In this document: positions 15,327 through 27,452 of the stretch, piece by piece
How the letters are laid out: every line of letters starts with the position of its first letter
Numbering within the stretch: position 1 is the first letter of the stretch
NCBI GenBank assembly: GCA_023231475.1
Contig: JALJEE010000137.1
Coordinates: 1 to 64,000 of the forward strand
Reading direction: 5' to 3'
Origin: Seison nebaliae
Taxonomy: Eukaryota
DNA: 64,000 nucleotides
Position numbers and translations under genes: made by a program
The notes under the pieces: generated by a model
The model's database searches: none
What the model saw: only the letters and a program-made list of their open reading frames with translations
What the model was told of the DNA's origin: nothing

Positions 15327-16543
15327 ATGGCTTTCTATAAAGGTGACAGTCGAGAGGCAGATCGTGTGCTTCATTTGAGGAAAGGAATGGAGAAAAGACA
15401 AGAGGATCTCGAATTGAAGAGGAAACAACACGAATTGGAATTGAATGAATCGGTAAAAATTTCGGAAAAATTCCATAAGTTGAGTGATGAAACGGAAACG
15501 AAGTTAAGTATGTCGACTGTCGGTCTGTTATCATTGGAAGAAATGAAGACGGTTCGAGAAATGTTCCGAAGTGAACAAGAAGATGCGAAAGCGAACGATG
15601 TTACGCCAAAGAAAATGAAGAAGATTTCCATTCCTAAATGCAAAGTTTTTTTTTATAAAAATTAAATTTTTAATTTAAATTTTAAATAGTTGGAGAAATT
15701 ATCGTTTGATTTATTTCCTGACGATGAAGAGGATGTGATTGAGGATGAAGAGAATGTGAATTTGAAAGAAGAATGTGAAGAGAAAAAGAAAATAATGGAA
15801 ACTGATAAGAAAGAAGAAGAAGTTGAAGAAGAAGAAGAAGAAGAAGATATTCAATTGAAATTGACTAAAGGAGATAAAAAGAAAGATTTTTTGAAATTGA
15901 AAGGAAGAAAACGTTTGGGAATGAATCCGAATGTTAATACGAATTTCTTACCAGATCGAGATCGAGAATTATTGGAAGAAAAACTAAGGTTGAAATTAAT
16001 CATAAAATTAATTAATTAATAATTTTAATTAATTTAAAAAGAAAAGAATTAGATGCCGAATGGAATCAACAACAACAGGAATTGAAGGAAACGATATTAG
16101 ATATCACATATTCGTATTGGGATGGAACGGGACATCGTCGACAAGTCAAAGTTGCTCGAGGTGCAACCATTCATGAATTCCTTCATCGTTCTCTTGATGA
16201 TTTGAGGAAAGAACAACAATTCAACGAATTAAGAACTGCAACAGCTGATCAATTGATTTATGTGAAGGAGGATATCATTATTCCACAATTCTATACATTC
16301 CACGATTTGATAACGACGAAAGCGAGAGGAAAATCTGGACCATTATTTTATTTCGATGTTCGAGATGATATTCGATTAGTGACTAATGCTAAAGTGGAAA
16401 AAGAAGATTCACATGCAGGAAAAGTCATTTTAAGGAATTGGTACGAAAGACACAAACACATTTTTCCTGCATGTCGATGGGAAGCGTATGATCCACATAA
16501 AAAATGGGATACTTATACGATAAAAGATTCTCGAAAGAAATAA
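15327..16543 (+). CDS. FAM50: FAM50/XAP5 family nuclear (spliceosome-associated) protein, 3 exons
   Basis: Motifs [79 protein letters not shown]. Two GTT..AG introns. Confidence 0.95.
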
Positions 16544-16619
16544 ATTTTATTTTATGTTCTTTTTAAATTATTAAATTCATTTAATTAAAGTTCGAATAAA
16601 AATAAAAAAATTTTTAATT

Positions 16620-17847
16620 TTAAATTACATTTAACATACTTCTCATCTCGTTCAATTGAGAAGTTAACCGTTCTTCGATCAATTGAACTTTGTCGTTTTG
16701 GACAGATCGTAATGACGCCACTGTATCTTGTACCGTTTCGAATCCTTCACGATATTCCTTCTTCAATCTCGAATGTTCCTCCATTAACGTGTTGAACTTC
16801 TTCTCCATATTATGGAGATATGATTCTTGAATAGTCTAAAAAAATTATGGAGAAATTTTAAAAATTAGAAAAGAAAAAAAAACTTCTTGATTCGATTTCA
16901 ACATTTTCAATTGTCGATCTATTTCCGTTCGATGATTATTGATTGTCATACCTAAACGATTTCCAATTTCATCCGCTTTCTTCTCGAATTGATCCTGGAA
17001 AATGATTCGTTTAATTAGATTAACATTTCGATTTGGAAACCGTTTGATTTTTCATTCTGGCGATATTTTCGTTTTGGCGAAGTTGTTCCTGTTTGAAATT
17101 GTTGTCCATTCGATTTGATACTTCTTCTATTAACGTTCGTGTCTTCGTATCGAGTAATTGGATATTTTTCACGGAATCACCTTCAACATTTTTCAGAACA
17201 ATTGTTTGTTCCATTAATAATTTTTCTAATTTCAATTGTAATTCAGAAATATTTCTTCGATTCTCCAAAAGTCCTTCGGCAAATTTCTCATAGTCCATAT
17301 TTTTCTTCTGTTCCATATTCGACAATCGAACATTCATATCATTCAAAATCGATTCGATCTTTTGCAATCGTTGATCATTCGTTCCGATCTTTTTATCGAG
17401 ATAATCACCAGATGCACTCAATTTATCAGCTACTAATCCGACGTCATTCTTCACATTATTAAATTCATTGCCTTGCATCTGAAATTGACTATGGAGAGTC
17501 TATTTAATTATTTCCATTTTAATTTCCATTTAAATTTATTTCAAATTCCAACTTCTACATCCGTATTCAATTTCTTGCAAACTGCCGTCATCGTCAGGAT
17601 ATGATCTTCTAATAAGCCTTTCCTTAGTGAATCATCATTTTGATTTTGATAGTTCTGATTAATATCATTCGCACGTTCTGTCATCAGATTCAAATTTGTG
17701 AAGAAAAATCAAAATTTAACGTACTAAATGGTAAGTTGACGGTTCGTTTCGGGCGGATATCGGTTGAGAATAAGTTTCCTGATGAGTAATCGGATTCCGA
17801 CTCACAACAGTTCTTTTATTGTTACGAGAATTCCCATATTGACTCAT
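16620..17847 (-). CDS. FAM81: FAM81-like coiled-coil protein, 5 exons
   Basis: The spliced product contains LLEDHILTMTAVCKKLNTDVE, IQLLDTKTRTLIEEVSN and EGFETVQDTVASLRSV, matching remembered FAM81A/B blocks. Four GTT..AG introns. Confidence 0.75.
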
Positions 17848-19066
17848 AACAACCGACAAGAAATGAAGTTATTTATTTATTTATTTTATAATTCTCTCTT
17901 TTCCCACTCTACCTTTCCAAAATAGTATCTTAGCAACAATCGATGTCAAATTATCGTCTATTCGCTTAATCTCCACGATAATAACCGATTTAATTCTCCT
18001 AACACCACATATGAACCTCAGTTAATGACAATTATTATATAATTATCATATTAAAGTTTTACTTTAATATTTTCTGACAATACTAACTTGAGAGTAACAT
18101 AAATTTTTTCCGTTAAAAATAAATTTTATCGATTATTTTCAACTGCTTTTTTCAATTTTTCCCTAACACAAGAACTGCTTATTATTAATCAATTAATGGA
18201 ATTTTCCTTTTATTCTTTTTAACAATTAAATAAAAAAACTGTCAAATAATAATTTTTTTCCGTTTCAATGGCAAGTTGTTAAATTGATCAAGAATTGATA
18301 TTTATTTAAAAGTTTGATTCAAAATACTTTCCTCACGACAAAGTCGATCAGAATTAAAATTAATTTATGTTTATCATTAAATTTTTCATAAAATTGATAA
18401 ATAAATTTTCAAAAAGTTTTTTTATTTATTTGAAATATATTTTTTGAGATTTAATACAACAAATAATAAATAACTTGAAAGAATTGTGAGTTAATTTAAA
18501 GAACGAAACGAGAATAATAATATTAATTAACGAATTCCGATAAAATTAGATGATTGTTGAAATGTGATATAGTGATTAGTTGGAGATGTGCACTGACAAA
18601 GATGTGAGTAAGCGAAGAAAAGAATTTAATAAGAATTTTACGAACAGTTACGAATCATTGGATATTGTCTATTGAATGAGAGTATCATAAAACACCGGAA
18701 TCATTATATTTGTTTAACTTCATTTCCAGCGAACCATGCCAGCGTACATGAGAGGGAACTGCGGAAAATCGTTGACGAAATCGAAGAAATCAAGGAATTT
18801 CATGAATAAAGAAAGTAATTTGAGTAATTTTATTAGGAGGAAAGCACTAAAAAAAGAACTATTTTTAATGAGAAATCAAAAGTTCCATTGTAAATAGGAG
18901 ACGGACGGAAGGAACGAAGGATTTCTCAAATATTTTTTTCAATACAATTTTTTTATTGTAATTTTAGACGAGTGGCATTCTCATAAAATTACATATATCC
19001 TTATGGTTCTATTTGTAGCGAGCTATAAAATAAAGTGAAGGAATAAAGTAAAGAAATAGGAATAGA

Positions 19067-22000
19067 ATGGAAAATGATTATGAGATAGACGATGCCTTAA
19101 AAGTAACAACAAGAAGCCGCAACGGTTGTGGATGGTATCAATTTCGAGCATATCTCCTACTCTGTTTCATATTTGGAATGACGACTGGTTTCGACTTGAC
19201 CAGTCAAATCTATTTAAGTTTTATTTTTTCTTTACCAGTTTCCCATTTTCCAAACCACATTCCCTTAAGTGTTTACACCGGAACATAAATGTATTGACGA
19301 TCGTTTAATCTTCACAAATCTTACTCATGAATTTATGTGTGATTATGGTTAATATTTAAAAAAAATTCTCTTTGAACTTCTTCCGAAGAATTGAACGGTA
19401 CAACTTATCGATGTTCGAAATGGAAATACAAAGAAACTTATCGATCGCTTGTTCAGGAGGTTCTTTCTTATTTCCTTCTCTTCTGTGAGCTATAAACAAA
19501 TCGGTTAATGGTTGTTAATAGATCGCTAATGAGAATACTCCAATGGAGTAGAACGAAAAAAATTACCTGAAATTTTCAAATTTAATTTCCATATTGGGAA
19601 ATTTGATTCGTTAAATCGATAGCTTCCATTTGTATTGCTGTATATAAATTTCACTGATATAACATTTTCATTAGGTATCATTATCATTTGTTCTTTTGTT
19701 CTCCATCCGATCCTCTCTCACTTTATGAAGAGATAGAATGATGAAAGAAGAAGTATTGAATGTTGATGGAAATAAGAAGATTTTCGTTGAGAAGATCGTC
19801 GTTAACGGTGTAAAACAGACGAACGATAAATATATAACTGATCAACATTATGAGAAGTTGTTGAAATCAAAAAACTTAGAAGACTGTCTCCATCATGCTT
19901 CCAATTTCCGTCAACGCTTATTGAGAATGGGAAGTTTCAACGACTGTTCAATCGTCATCGATAAAGGAAATCGAGAGGACAATGGAATTAATATCATTTT
20001 CTTCTCGAAAGAACCGAAACGTTTCTCTGGTGATATTCACACGACAGTTGGTGAAAATGAAGTATCATTAAAATCTGGTCTCCGTTTTCCTAATCTCACC
20101 GGCAACGGTGATATCATCAGCGAAGAAATAACTTATTCCCAAAAACGGAATTTCTCCTGTCAATTATTCTATCAACGACCATTTGTTCACACTGAGAAAT
20201 TTTATTATTTCTCCTCAATTTTCCATCGTTCCATCAACAATCATTTATCGAGTTATTTGGGAAAAAATTCCGGTATGTCATTCGGTATCCGATTTCCGTT
20301 TATTAACAAATTTTCGAGTTGGACGAATGAATTCGAAATCAATCTCTCCCATCGCAACATTTCTACCCCATCATTAGTAACGCCGTTTTATATTCGTCTT
20401 GAAAGTGGCAACTTCTTTAACACTTCACTCCAATATCGAATAGAACGAGATGAAAGAAATCATCACATATTTCCTGATTATGGATCGAAACAAAAATTTG
20501 AATTTAACTGTAATTATGTTGATCATCTCATCAATCATCTCAAATTCCAATTATTACAACAACAATCATTTTCGTTATTGAGAAATAATTTAAATTTTTC
20601 TTATACTATTCGACCAACAATTGTCTTCCCAGTCAATGGACGACATATTTCAATTTGTGATCGATTATTTTTGGGAGGAGCGACCAGTATTCGTGGATTC
20701 AAACATAATTGTATCGGAGATTCGATTGAAAAGAATCCTATCGGAGCAACTGGTATATTGGAAGGTGGAATGTCATTATTTAGTCATCTTCCCTTTCTTA
20801 GTGAGGAGACTTGGCCGAGACTCTACGAAATGGTGAGAGTTCATTCTTTCGTCAATGGAGGAACAATTCTCCAAAGAAGAGGACGAGAAAAAACTGATCA
20901 ATATCTCGAAAAGAAATTGTCGCCATTATGTCAATTGAGATTATCTTGTGGATTTGGTATCGCCTTGAATTTCCTCAATGTGGCGAGAGTTGAATTAAAT
21001 TATTGTTTCCCAATCAAATTTGATAAACACGATCAATTGAATAGAGGATTCCAATTTGGAATCGGTTTAAATTTAATTTGATACACAAATAGTTTTCTCT
21101 TTGCTCCTGCTGAATTTCTCGTAACTTTCGATAATTTTTCTTTTGCTTCTTTTACCGAAAATGTTTCTCTCTAAATTTAAATTAATAAAAATTGTAAAGA
21201 AACTTAAAAAGATATTCTAAAACTTAATTTATCCATAAAATTTTCATCCAAAATTATATTTGAGAAATTCCGAAAATTTCTTGACTAAAATTTTCATTTA
21301 TATAAAAAATTTAATTTCACAAATTCCGATAATTTTATTTCCCAAAAGTTTTGATTGAGAAATTCTCAAAACTTTTTCCAAAAAAGTTTTTTTTTGAGAA
21401 ATTCAGAGGATTGTCTAATTGTCGGATTATTTTCTAGTTTGATTTGGTTTGTCATGATAAATATTTCGGTGAAATGATACTTGCAATACAAGGAGTTGCG
21501 GCTTTAATGGGGTCGGCGATCTTAGCCCCGCTATCGGACAGATATGGTCGAAAGAGAATAATAACAATTTCCTTAGTTTCTATGGTTGTGTTCGGTGTTC
21601 CAAGTTGCTTTATGCCGGATGTCTGGTCTTACGCTTTGATGTCGTCACTTACACAATTCTCATCAGCTGTTATAATTATAATAAAAAAAAAGGAAAATAA
21701 TAAATAAATATCTTTTCCAAAAGGGAATTCCTTCTTTAGTTGTCACATTCGCCATTGAATTATTTCCAACTGAATATCGAACGTTGGCGGGAATGGGCCA
21801 CCAATATGCTTGGGTGTTCATCATTGCAACTGTTCCCCTCATTTCTTTTCTTACACCCAATTGGAGATGGATGAAATTTACAACTTATATTCTTCTTATT
21901 CCCATGATCGCATGTCTCAAGTTTTATTTAAATTAAATATTTTAATTTAATTATTTTTACGAAATTAAATATATACGAAATAATTTACTTTCCATCAGAT

Positions 22001-23559
22001 TTCTACCCGAAAGTTTAACTTGGCTCATTTCAACGAGACGAATGAGAACTGTCCATCGATGGATGTTGTTAGCTGCTAAGGTGAATGGAGTCGATTGTAC
22101 TGAACATCCATTGAGACGTTGTCGTCATAGTGTCAGTCAACGTCGTCGAATTAGCAGTCGAACAGATCCGGTCAAGCACAAAAAAAGTCATGATGATTAC
22201 GGGCCGAAAGATTCCACCATTCCAATACGTTTAGAGTTTATTATTAAATTTTTCAATTCTTTCAATTTAGTTGATGAGATGGAAGAGAAAAGAATTGTTG
22301 CAATATCTTATCGAAACAAATCGTCGGATGATGATGTGTTTTGGAATGAGAAACAAACAGGAACATTAAAAGTATTTTCACGAATTTGTACTCATCCCAA
22401 ATTAAGATTACATACTTGCGTCATGTTCGTTGTTTGGTTAGTGAAATTGACGTGATCATTTAAATTAGATAATTATAAATGTTTCTTTTTTTAAAGGTGC
22501 ATTAATCATTTAGTTTATAGCGGAAGTATTTTGACAGCGATGTCGTTCGGTGGCAATATTCATTTGAGTACATTATTAAATGTTGTCGTGGAATTACCTT
22601 CATATTTAGTGTGTTACATTCTCATGTTTAGGTTAGAGACTTAAAATTTTAAAAGAATTAATTTCAAATCGATTTTCATTCTGCTAATTTGTGGAAGGTT
22701 CGGTAGGAGAACAGTAACTTGTACATTTCACATGATGTGCGGCGTCTTCTTATTGGGGATAATTTATAATTTATTCGGTTTAGTGAAGGATTTTTTAAAG
22801 GAATAATTGGGAATGACTTTCTTAGTTTCAGATTCAGATAAAAATCGCTATCAATACGTTTCACAATGTTTATTTTTAATGGGGAAATTTTCAATTACAG
22901 CCGCTTTCGCTGCTATTATAATTTATACGCCGGAAACATTTCCAACTACTATCAGGTTACTTCCTAATTCCCTTTAATAGATTCGTATCGATTGGTGAGA
23001 GAAATTCCATTAGAATGGTTGAATTGAAATATGAAAATAATAACCTGTACTTCACCTTCATAAGGAGTTTCTAATAATTCGATTGGAATAGCATGCATTT
23101 GCGCTAAAGAGAGAGAATGTTCTCCCGAAAGCGGTGACGAGAGAGACCTTTCCAACCAATTTTAATTATTCTTTCTATATTAATTGTACAGAGGAGTTGG
23201 AACCGGATTCTGCTCGATGGGTACAAAAATAATTTCCATGGTATTGCCATTTATTTCAATTTCACTGGTTAGATCGTTTCACTCGTTTTATATTAGAAGA
23301 AAAATATTTCTCTTCTTTTCAGATGAAAGTTGATCCCGCTTATCCATCATTGACTTTCAGCATATGCTCGATTGTTGCCGGTTTACTTATCCTGATATTG
23401 CCGGAGACATTAGGTCGTCAATTGCCTCATACGATCGAAGACATCGACAAACTTTCACCACATTTCACTGAGGAGGAGAGACAAGTCGCCCGACGAGTAT
23501 ATCGTCATGAGATGAAGTTATTGCGAGAGAATTTCTGTTGCCAGTGCGCGAGGAAATGA
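19067..23559 (+). CDS. SLC22 organic cation/carnitine transporter-like (MFS), about 12 exons
   Basis: Motifs GWYQ, SLVQE|FDLVC, LSDRYGRK, ELFPTEYR, FLPES, VELP, RFGRR, YTPETFPTTIR|GVG and LPETLGRQLP. Eleven GTT..AG introns; intron 3 (19460-21437) contains SAMM50. Confidence 0.9.
19738..21081 (+). CDS. SAMM50: Mitochondrial sorting and assembly machinery component 50 (Omp85 family), intronless and nested
   Basis: POTRA-like N-terminus, PNLTGNGD, DRLFLGGATSIRGF, RLSCGFGI..ARVELNY, and C-terminal FQFGIGLNLI beta-signal. Confidence 0.95.
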   Translation: MMKEEVLNVDGNKKIFVEKIVVNGVKQTNDKYITDQHYEKLLKSKNLEDCLHHASNFRQRLLRMGSFNDCSIVIDKGNREDNGINIIFFSKEPKRFSGDIHTTVGENEVSLKSGLRFPNLTGNGDIISEEITYSQKRNFSCQLFYQRPFVHTEKFYYFSSIFHRSINNHLSSYLGKNSGMSFGIRFPFINKFSSWTNEFEINLSHRNISTPSLVTPFYIRLESGNFFNTSLQYRIERDERNHHIFPDYGSKQKFEFNCNYVDHLINHLKFQLLQQQSFSLLRNNLNFSYTIRPTIVFPVNGRHISICDRLFLGGATSIRGFKHNCIGDSIEKNPIGATGILEGGMSLFSHLPFLSEETWPRLYEMVRVHSFVNGGTILQRRGREKTDQYLEKKLSPLCQLRLSCGFGIALNFLNVARVELNYCFPIKFDKHDQLNRGFQFGIGLNLI

Positions 23560-26500
23560 ATTGGTGGAAGAAAAATTCCGCGTCGAGAATAGAAGATGGA
23601 AAGGAATCAATTGTTTTTATCTGATTCTGTTGTCATGGTATGCATGTCATTATTAAGAGTAATATTCTTTCCAAATAAAATAATCTTCACTAATTAGATG
23701 AGAGTTACAGATGACGATTACGTGTTTGGAGCAGTTGCGTGACAAATAGAAAGAAAGAATGAACATACCAATAAATGTGAATAAATGAATTTTTAGACGT
23801 TATATTGATGAACGATGAAATGTGCATTCCTCCATTCAACCACCACCACCACTCTTACTACTATCAGTCGAATATGTTGGGGAAATATGGTTGAAGGAAT
23901 GTAGAAATGAAATTTTTGTTTAAGAAGAAATTCTCAGTAAAAATTTGTGCTAACTAGAAATCAGATGAAAATAATGAAAGAAATCGGAAAGAAGGATACA
24001 GAGTGTATGTTGTGGATAAGCAGGAACTGTAACGATACTCAAACTGCCAAACAGAAGCGGATGACACGAGAACGAATTGACTATTATCAATACTAATTTA
24101 TCTTTCTTATTCCTACTATAATTTTCTTATCTCCTGTTCAATCGGAGACATGTCTCTCTCTCGGGTAGTGCGAAGAGGTTGTTTCTGGAACGGCCGCTAA
24201 CATGTTCCTCATAAGGACAATCCTTCTTACAACTTCCACTTTATATTAGAATAATTCCACTTCTTATTTATTGTTCATTTATCAACAGTCTCTTTTTCCT
24301 GTCGTCTTGTTTATTATAAATATTGATTATAAGTTTGAAATAAGTAAAATTCAAATGATATTCTCTCACTCTTCTCTCTCTATCTCTCTCTCTCCCCATA
24401 TCCATTATGTAAAAATGCAAATAGTTTGGGTTTAATTACTTTTTTTTCAACATTAAATGTATCCTAGCCGGATCTTGTGTAACAGCATTTGAAGGAATAT
24501 CTTTTTGGGAATGGTCGGAGTTCGTATGTAAATAGTAAATACATATCATCATTACGAGATGCACATATGAAGTTGGTGTGCACAGAAGCTGATTGTCGCT
24601 TTAAAATACGTCATGTTAATATAAATACGTATTCGTGATAGGTAACTAACGGATAAAAGCTCACTGTACATGCAACTCGGTTGATGGTTCGATAAAACAA
24701 CGGAAATAGATATCATTAAAAAGTTTTTAGAAAAATTTTCTCTTTGGTCTTAGCTCTTTTCCTCAATATTACTATATCAGTTAATTGAACGATAGGAAAT
24801 ATTGATCTGCACAACATATCTATCATAGTTCTTGGAAGTTCGCGTCTTGCCTCCCCTCGACCCATTGTATCATTCATGCACATTCCTCCATTATCACTAG
24901 GAAAAGAATAAGAAGAGGATTCTCTAATATATGCAGGTTCACATCCTTTTTTCGGGAATATCGTTGGGTAAGCAATATTCATAAATATTAAAATAATGCC
25001 GATAAGGAAATTGACTCATCGATGATAATGTCTTTGATTAAATAAATTTATCAGAATAACTGACATTCGAAGGTTATCTGATTGACCAAGAATGTTGTGC
25101 GAGAAGAAATAAGTCGAATCACATTCAATAAATATAATGTCAATTGTTCAATTCCTCTCCCAATGTTCTGTCGTGAATGATACCCTTGTTTTCTTTCTTC
25201 TTCTCACTCCACACAATTATTCGCAAACTAATCTTCCCATTTTTTCAAATAATTGATTAGTACGCGATCTCCACTTATTCCTTGTCATTATTTTGAAGAT
25301 GATCATATAATCATAATTTCTAGTAATCATCCATATTCTGACAGAAATATTGACAGAATATTATTATATGCATATCACGATTTACAACATAGTTTCCAAT
25401 TCTCCCCCAATTTTTACCCTTACAAGTCAGATATCTCTTTTTATTGTGTGTACCTTTTCAAATCAAACGACCGAGAACCATGATCATGTTTGTGCATATT
25501 TATTGTCTTCCAATGCATCGTATGAATAATTGAACTCATAAATTCCTAACAACGCGAGAATTATCATTAAATTTTTATTATATCATTCTTCCTCATTTTT
25601 AATAGGTTCCCATTAATCTTCCTTTCTATTTTCTACTCCTCACCAAGAAATTTATGAATATTTAAGGCATTATCTATCTTACTTATTCTATTTAGTGGAA
25701 GACAAATCTTAATCTTCCTCATATCGTTAAGATTAGACAGTAAATACGCAATTAAGAGTTCTTCTTCCTCCCCACCATTCCCTCTGTGTTGTTGTGATGG
25801 ATTTTTAGAAAGCTTAAAAATTTCTCGTTCAAATTTTAAGTTAGAGATATTTACAGATATCTGATCACAGGGCTAATATGGACGAAAAAGGTTGTATGAT
25901 TTTCCAAATTTTCATTGTCAACTTTCTTCCTTGGAATTACGTCAATCGCATAAGAAAAATTTTATATTTCTCTTTTTTGATATTGATTGGGCGGAAAGAG
26001 TGAGGTGTAAGAGAGTTCTTTTACCTGTCGAATCTTTTAAAAGGCCGGAAAAGTAAAACTGATACGATTCCTATTTGTTCCTTCCCAACACAAGAACTTT
26101 GTTTCTTGGCTCGTTATTTTTGTCGTTAGTTGTTAATGTTTCTTTTCGCTTTTTTCTTCTTCTTTCCTAGATTTTCGAGAAAAACAGCAAAATATAAAAT
26201 CGAACTGTTTAAATCGAAGAAAAACTCGAATCGTTTTCTTTTTCGTCATAATGACTACATGATTTGTGCTGCTGCAGTAACTGACGGGGTGTACGGTAAA
26301 TTTGTGTCGAACAGTCGGATGGGCAAGTGTTGCACTTATGTTATGTGCAATAAAATGTTAGGGAGCATATTATGAAATTGGAGACTGGATTATTAATCCA
26401 ATTTCTTTTCTGAAATAAAAGAAGGAAAAAAACATGAATGATTGGTTGGATATTGACTGCTAATATTGAATACGGAAATATTACTTTTTGCAACATCACT

Positions 26501-27452
26501 TCGTTTGTTTTATTTATATTGATTATATCATTCAATTCATGTCTCAATCATAGAGAGAGTTAGCGAGGAAAGAAATGAGGGCAGAGTTATGATAAATTAT
26601 AATATGTTCTCAATTCCAATAATGTTCAGTCGAATCATTCAGTAAAATCATGGGGAAATATCGAGCTACAAATGGTCAACGAGATATGAAAAGTCAATAT
26701 GGACTGCTCTCCCTACAAATTAGTCGATTCCAGAGGGAATATTGCCAACATTGATTGCATGTCTAAATCGATCAGTCATGTTAGCGCAAAGAACATTTTA
26801 TCGTTAACAATTTTAGTCTAAATGCAAGGTAGACTTCCCGTCTCCCACCTAACTGTAGAGTTCAATCGTTCTCTGCTAATATGGAGCTGGGGATGATGAT
26901 ATCGATGATGACAACAATCATCATCATTATGATGATATCGCTGAAGATTATGACGAAGAAATTGAAGGGAAAGAAAGGAAAGGAATTGAGAAGTGACAAC
27001 TATTAAACATGTATCGGAAGCAATACAATTTGAAGGATCGATTACATCTTCCCAATAGAAAGAAATAGTAATAGATGGTAAGATGAGTTAGCTAGCTAGC
27101 TCCGTAGATAAAATGAATTTCTCTTGTTGCATACTGATCCTAATTGATGTCGACAATGAATGCAATCCAATTTTTATTAGACTTCATCTTTCTCAGCTTC
27201 TCCTTCCTCTTATACTTCATCGTCGTCTTCTTTTCTTTTAATTTCGATGAGAATTCTGATTATGTCTCACACAATATTTCTTTTTTTTCTTATAAATTAT
27301 TTATCTATACGATTTTACCTCTATTTTATAGTGACTCAATAAGATTGTTCTTCTCTCACAGATGAATTGCACTTTTCTTACTTTCAATTATTTTTCATTA
27401 TCGTCAATCATTCTATAAAACATAATCGTCTTATTCTTATTTTAATGAAAAA

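Noticed and set aside
23560..27452. Short ORFs in long intergenic regions (also 32226-35083 and 50284-53951) and antisense ORFs over real genes
   Set aside because: They are low-complexity F/I/L/K-rich translations without motifs or exon chains, as expected by chance or as shadows of the coding strand.
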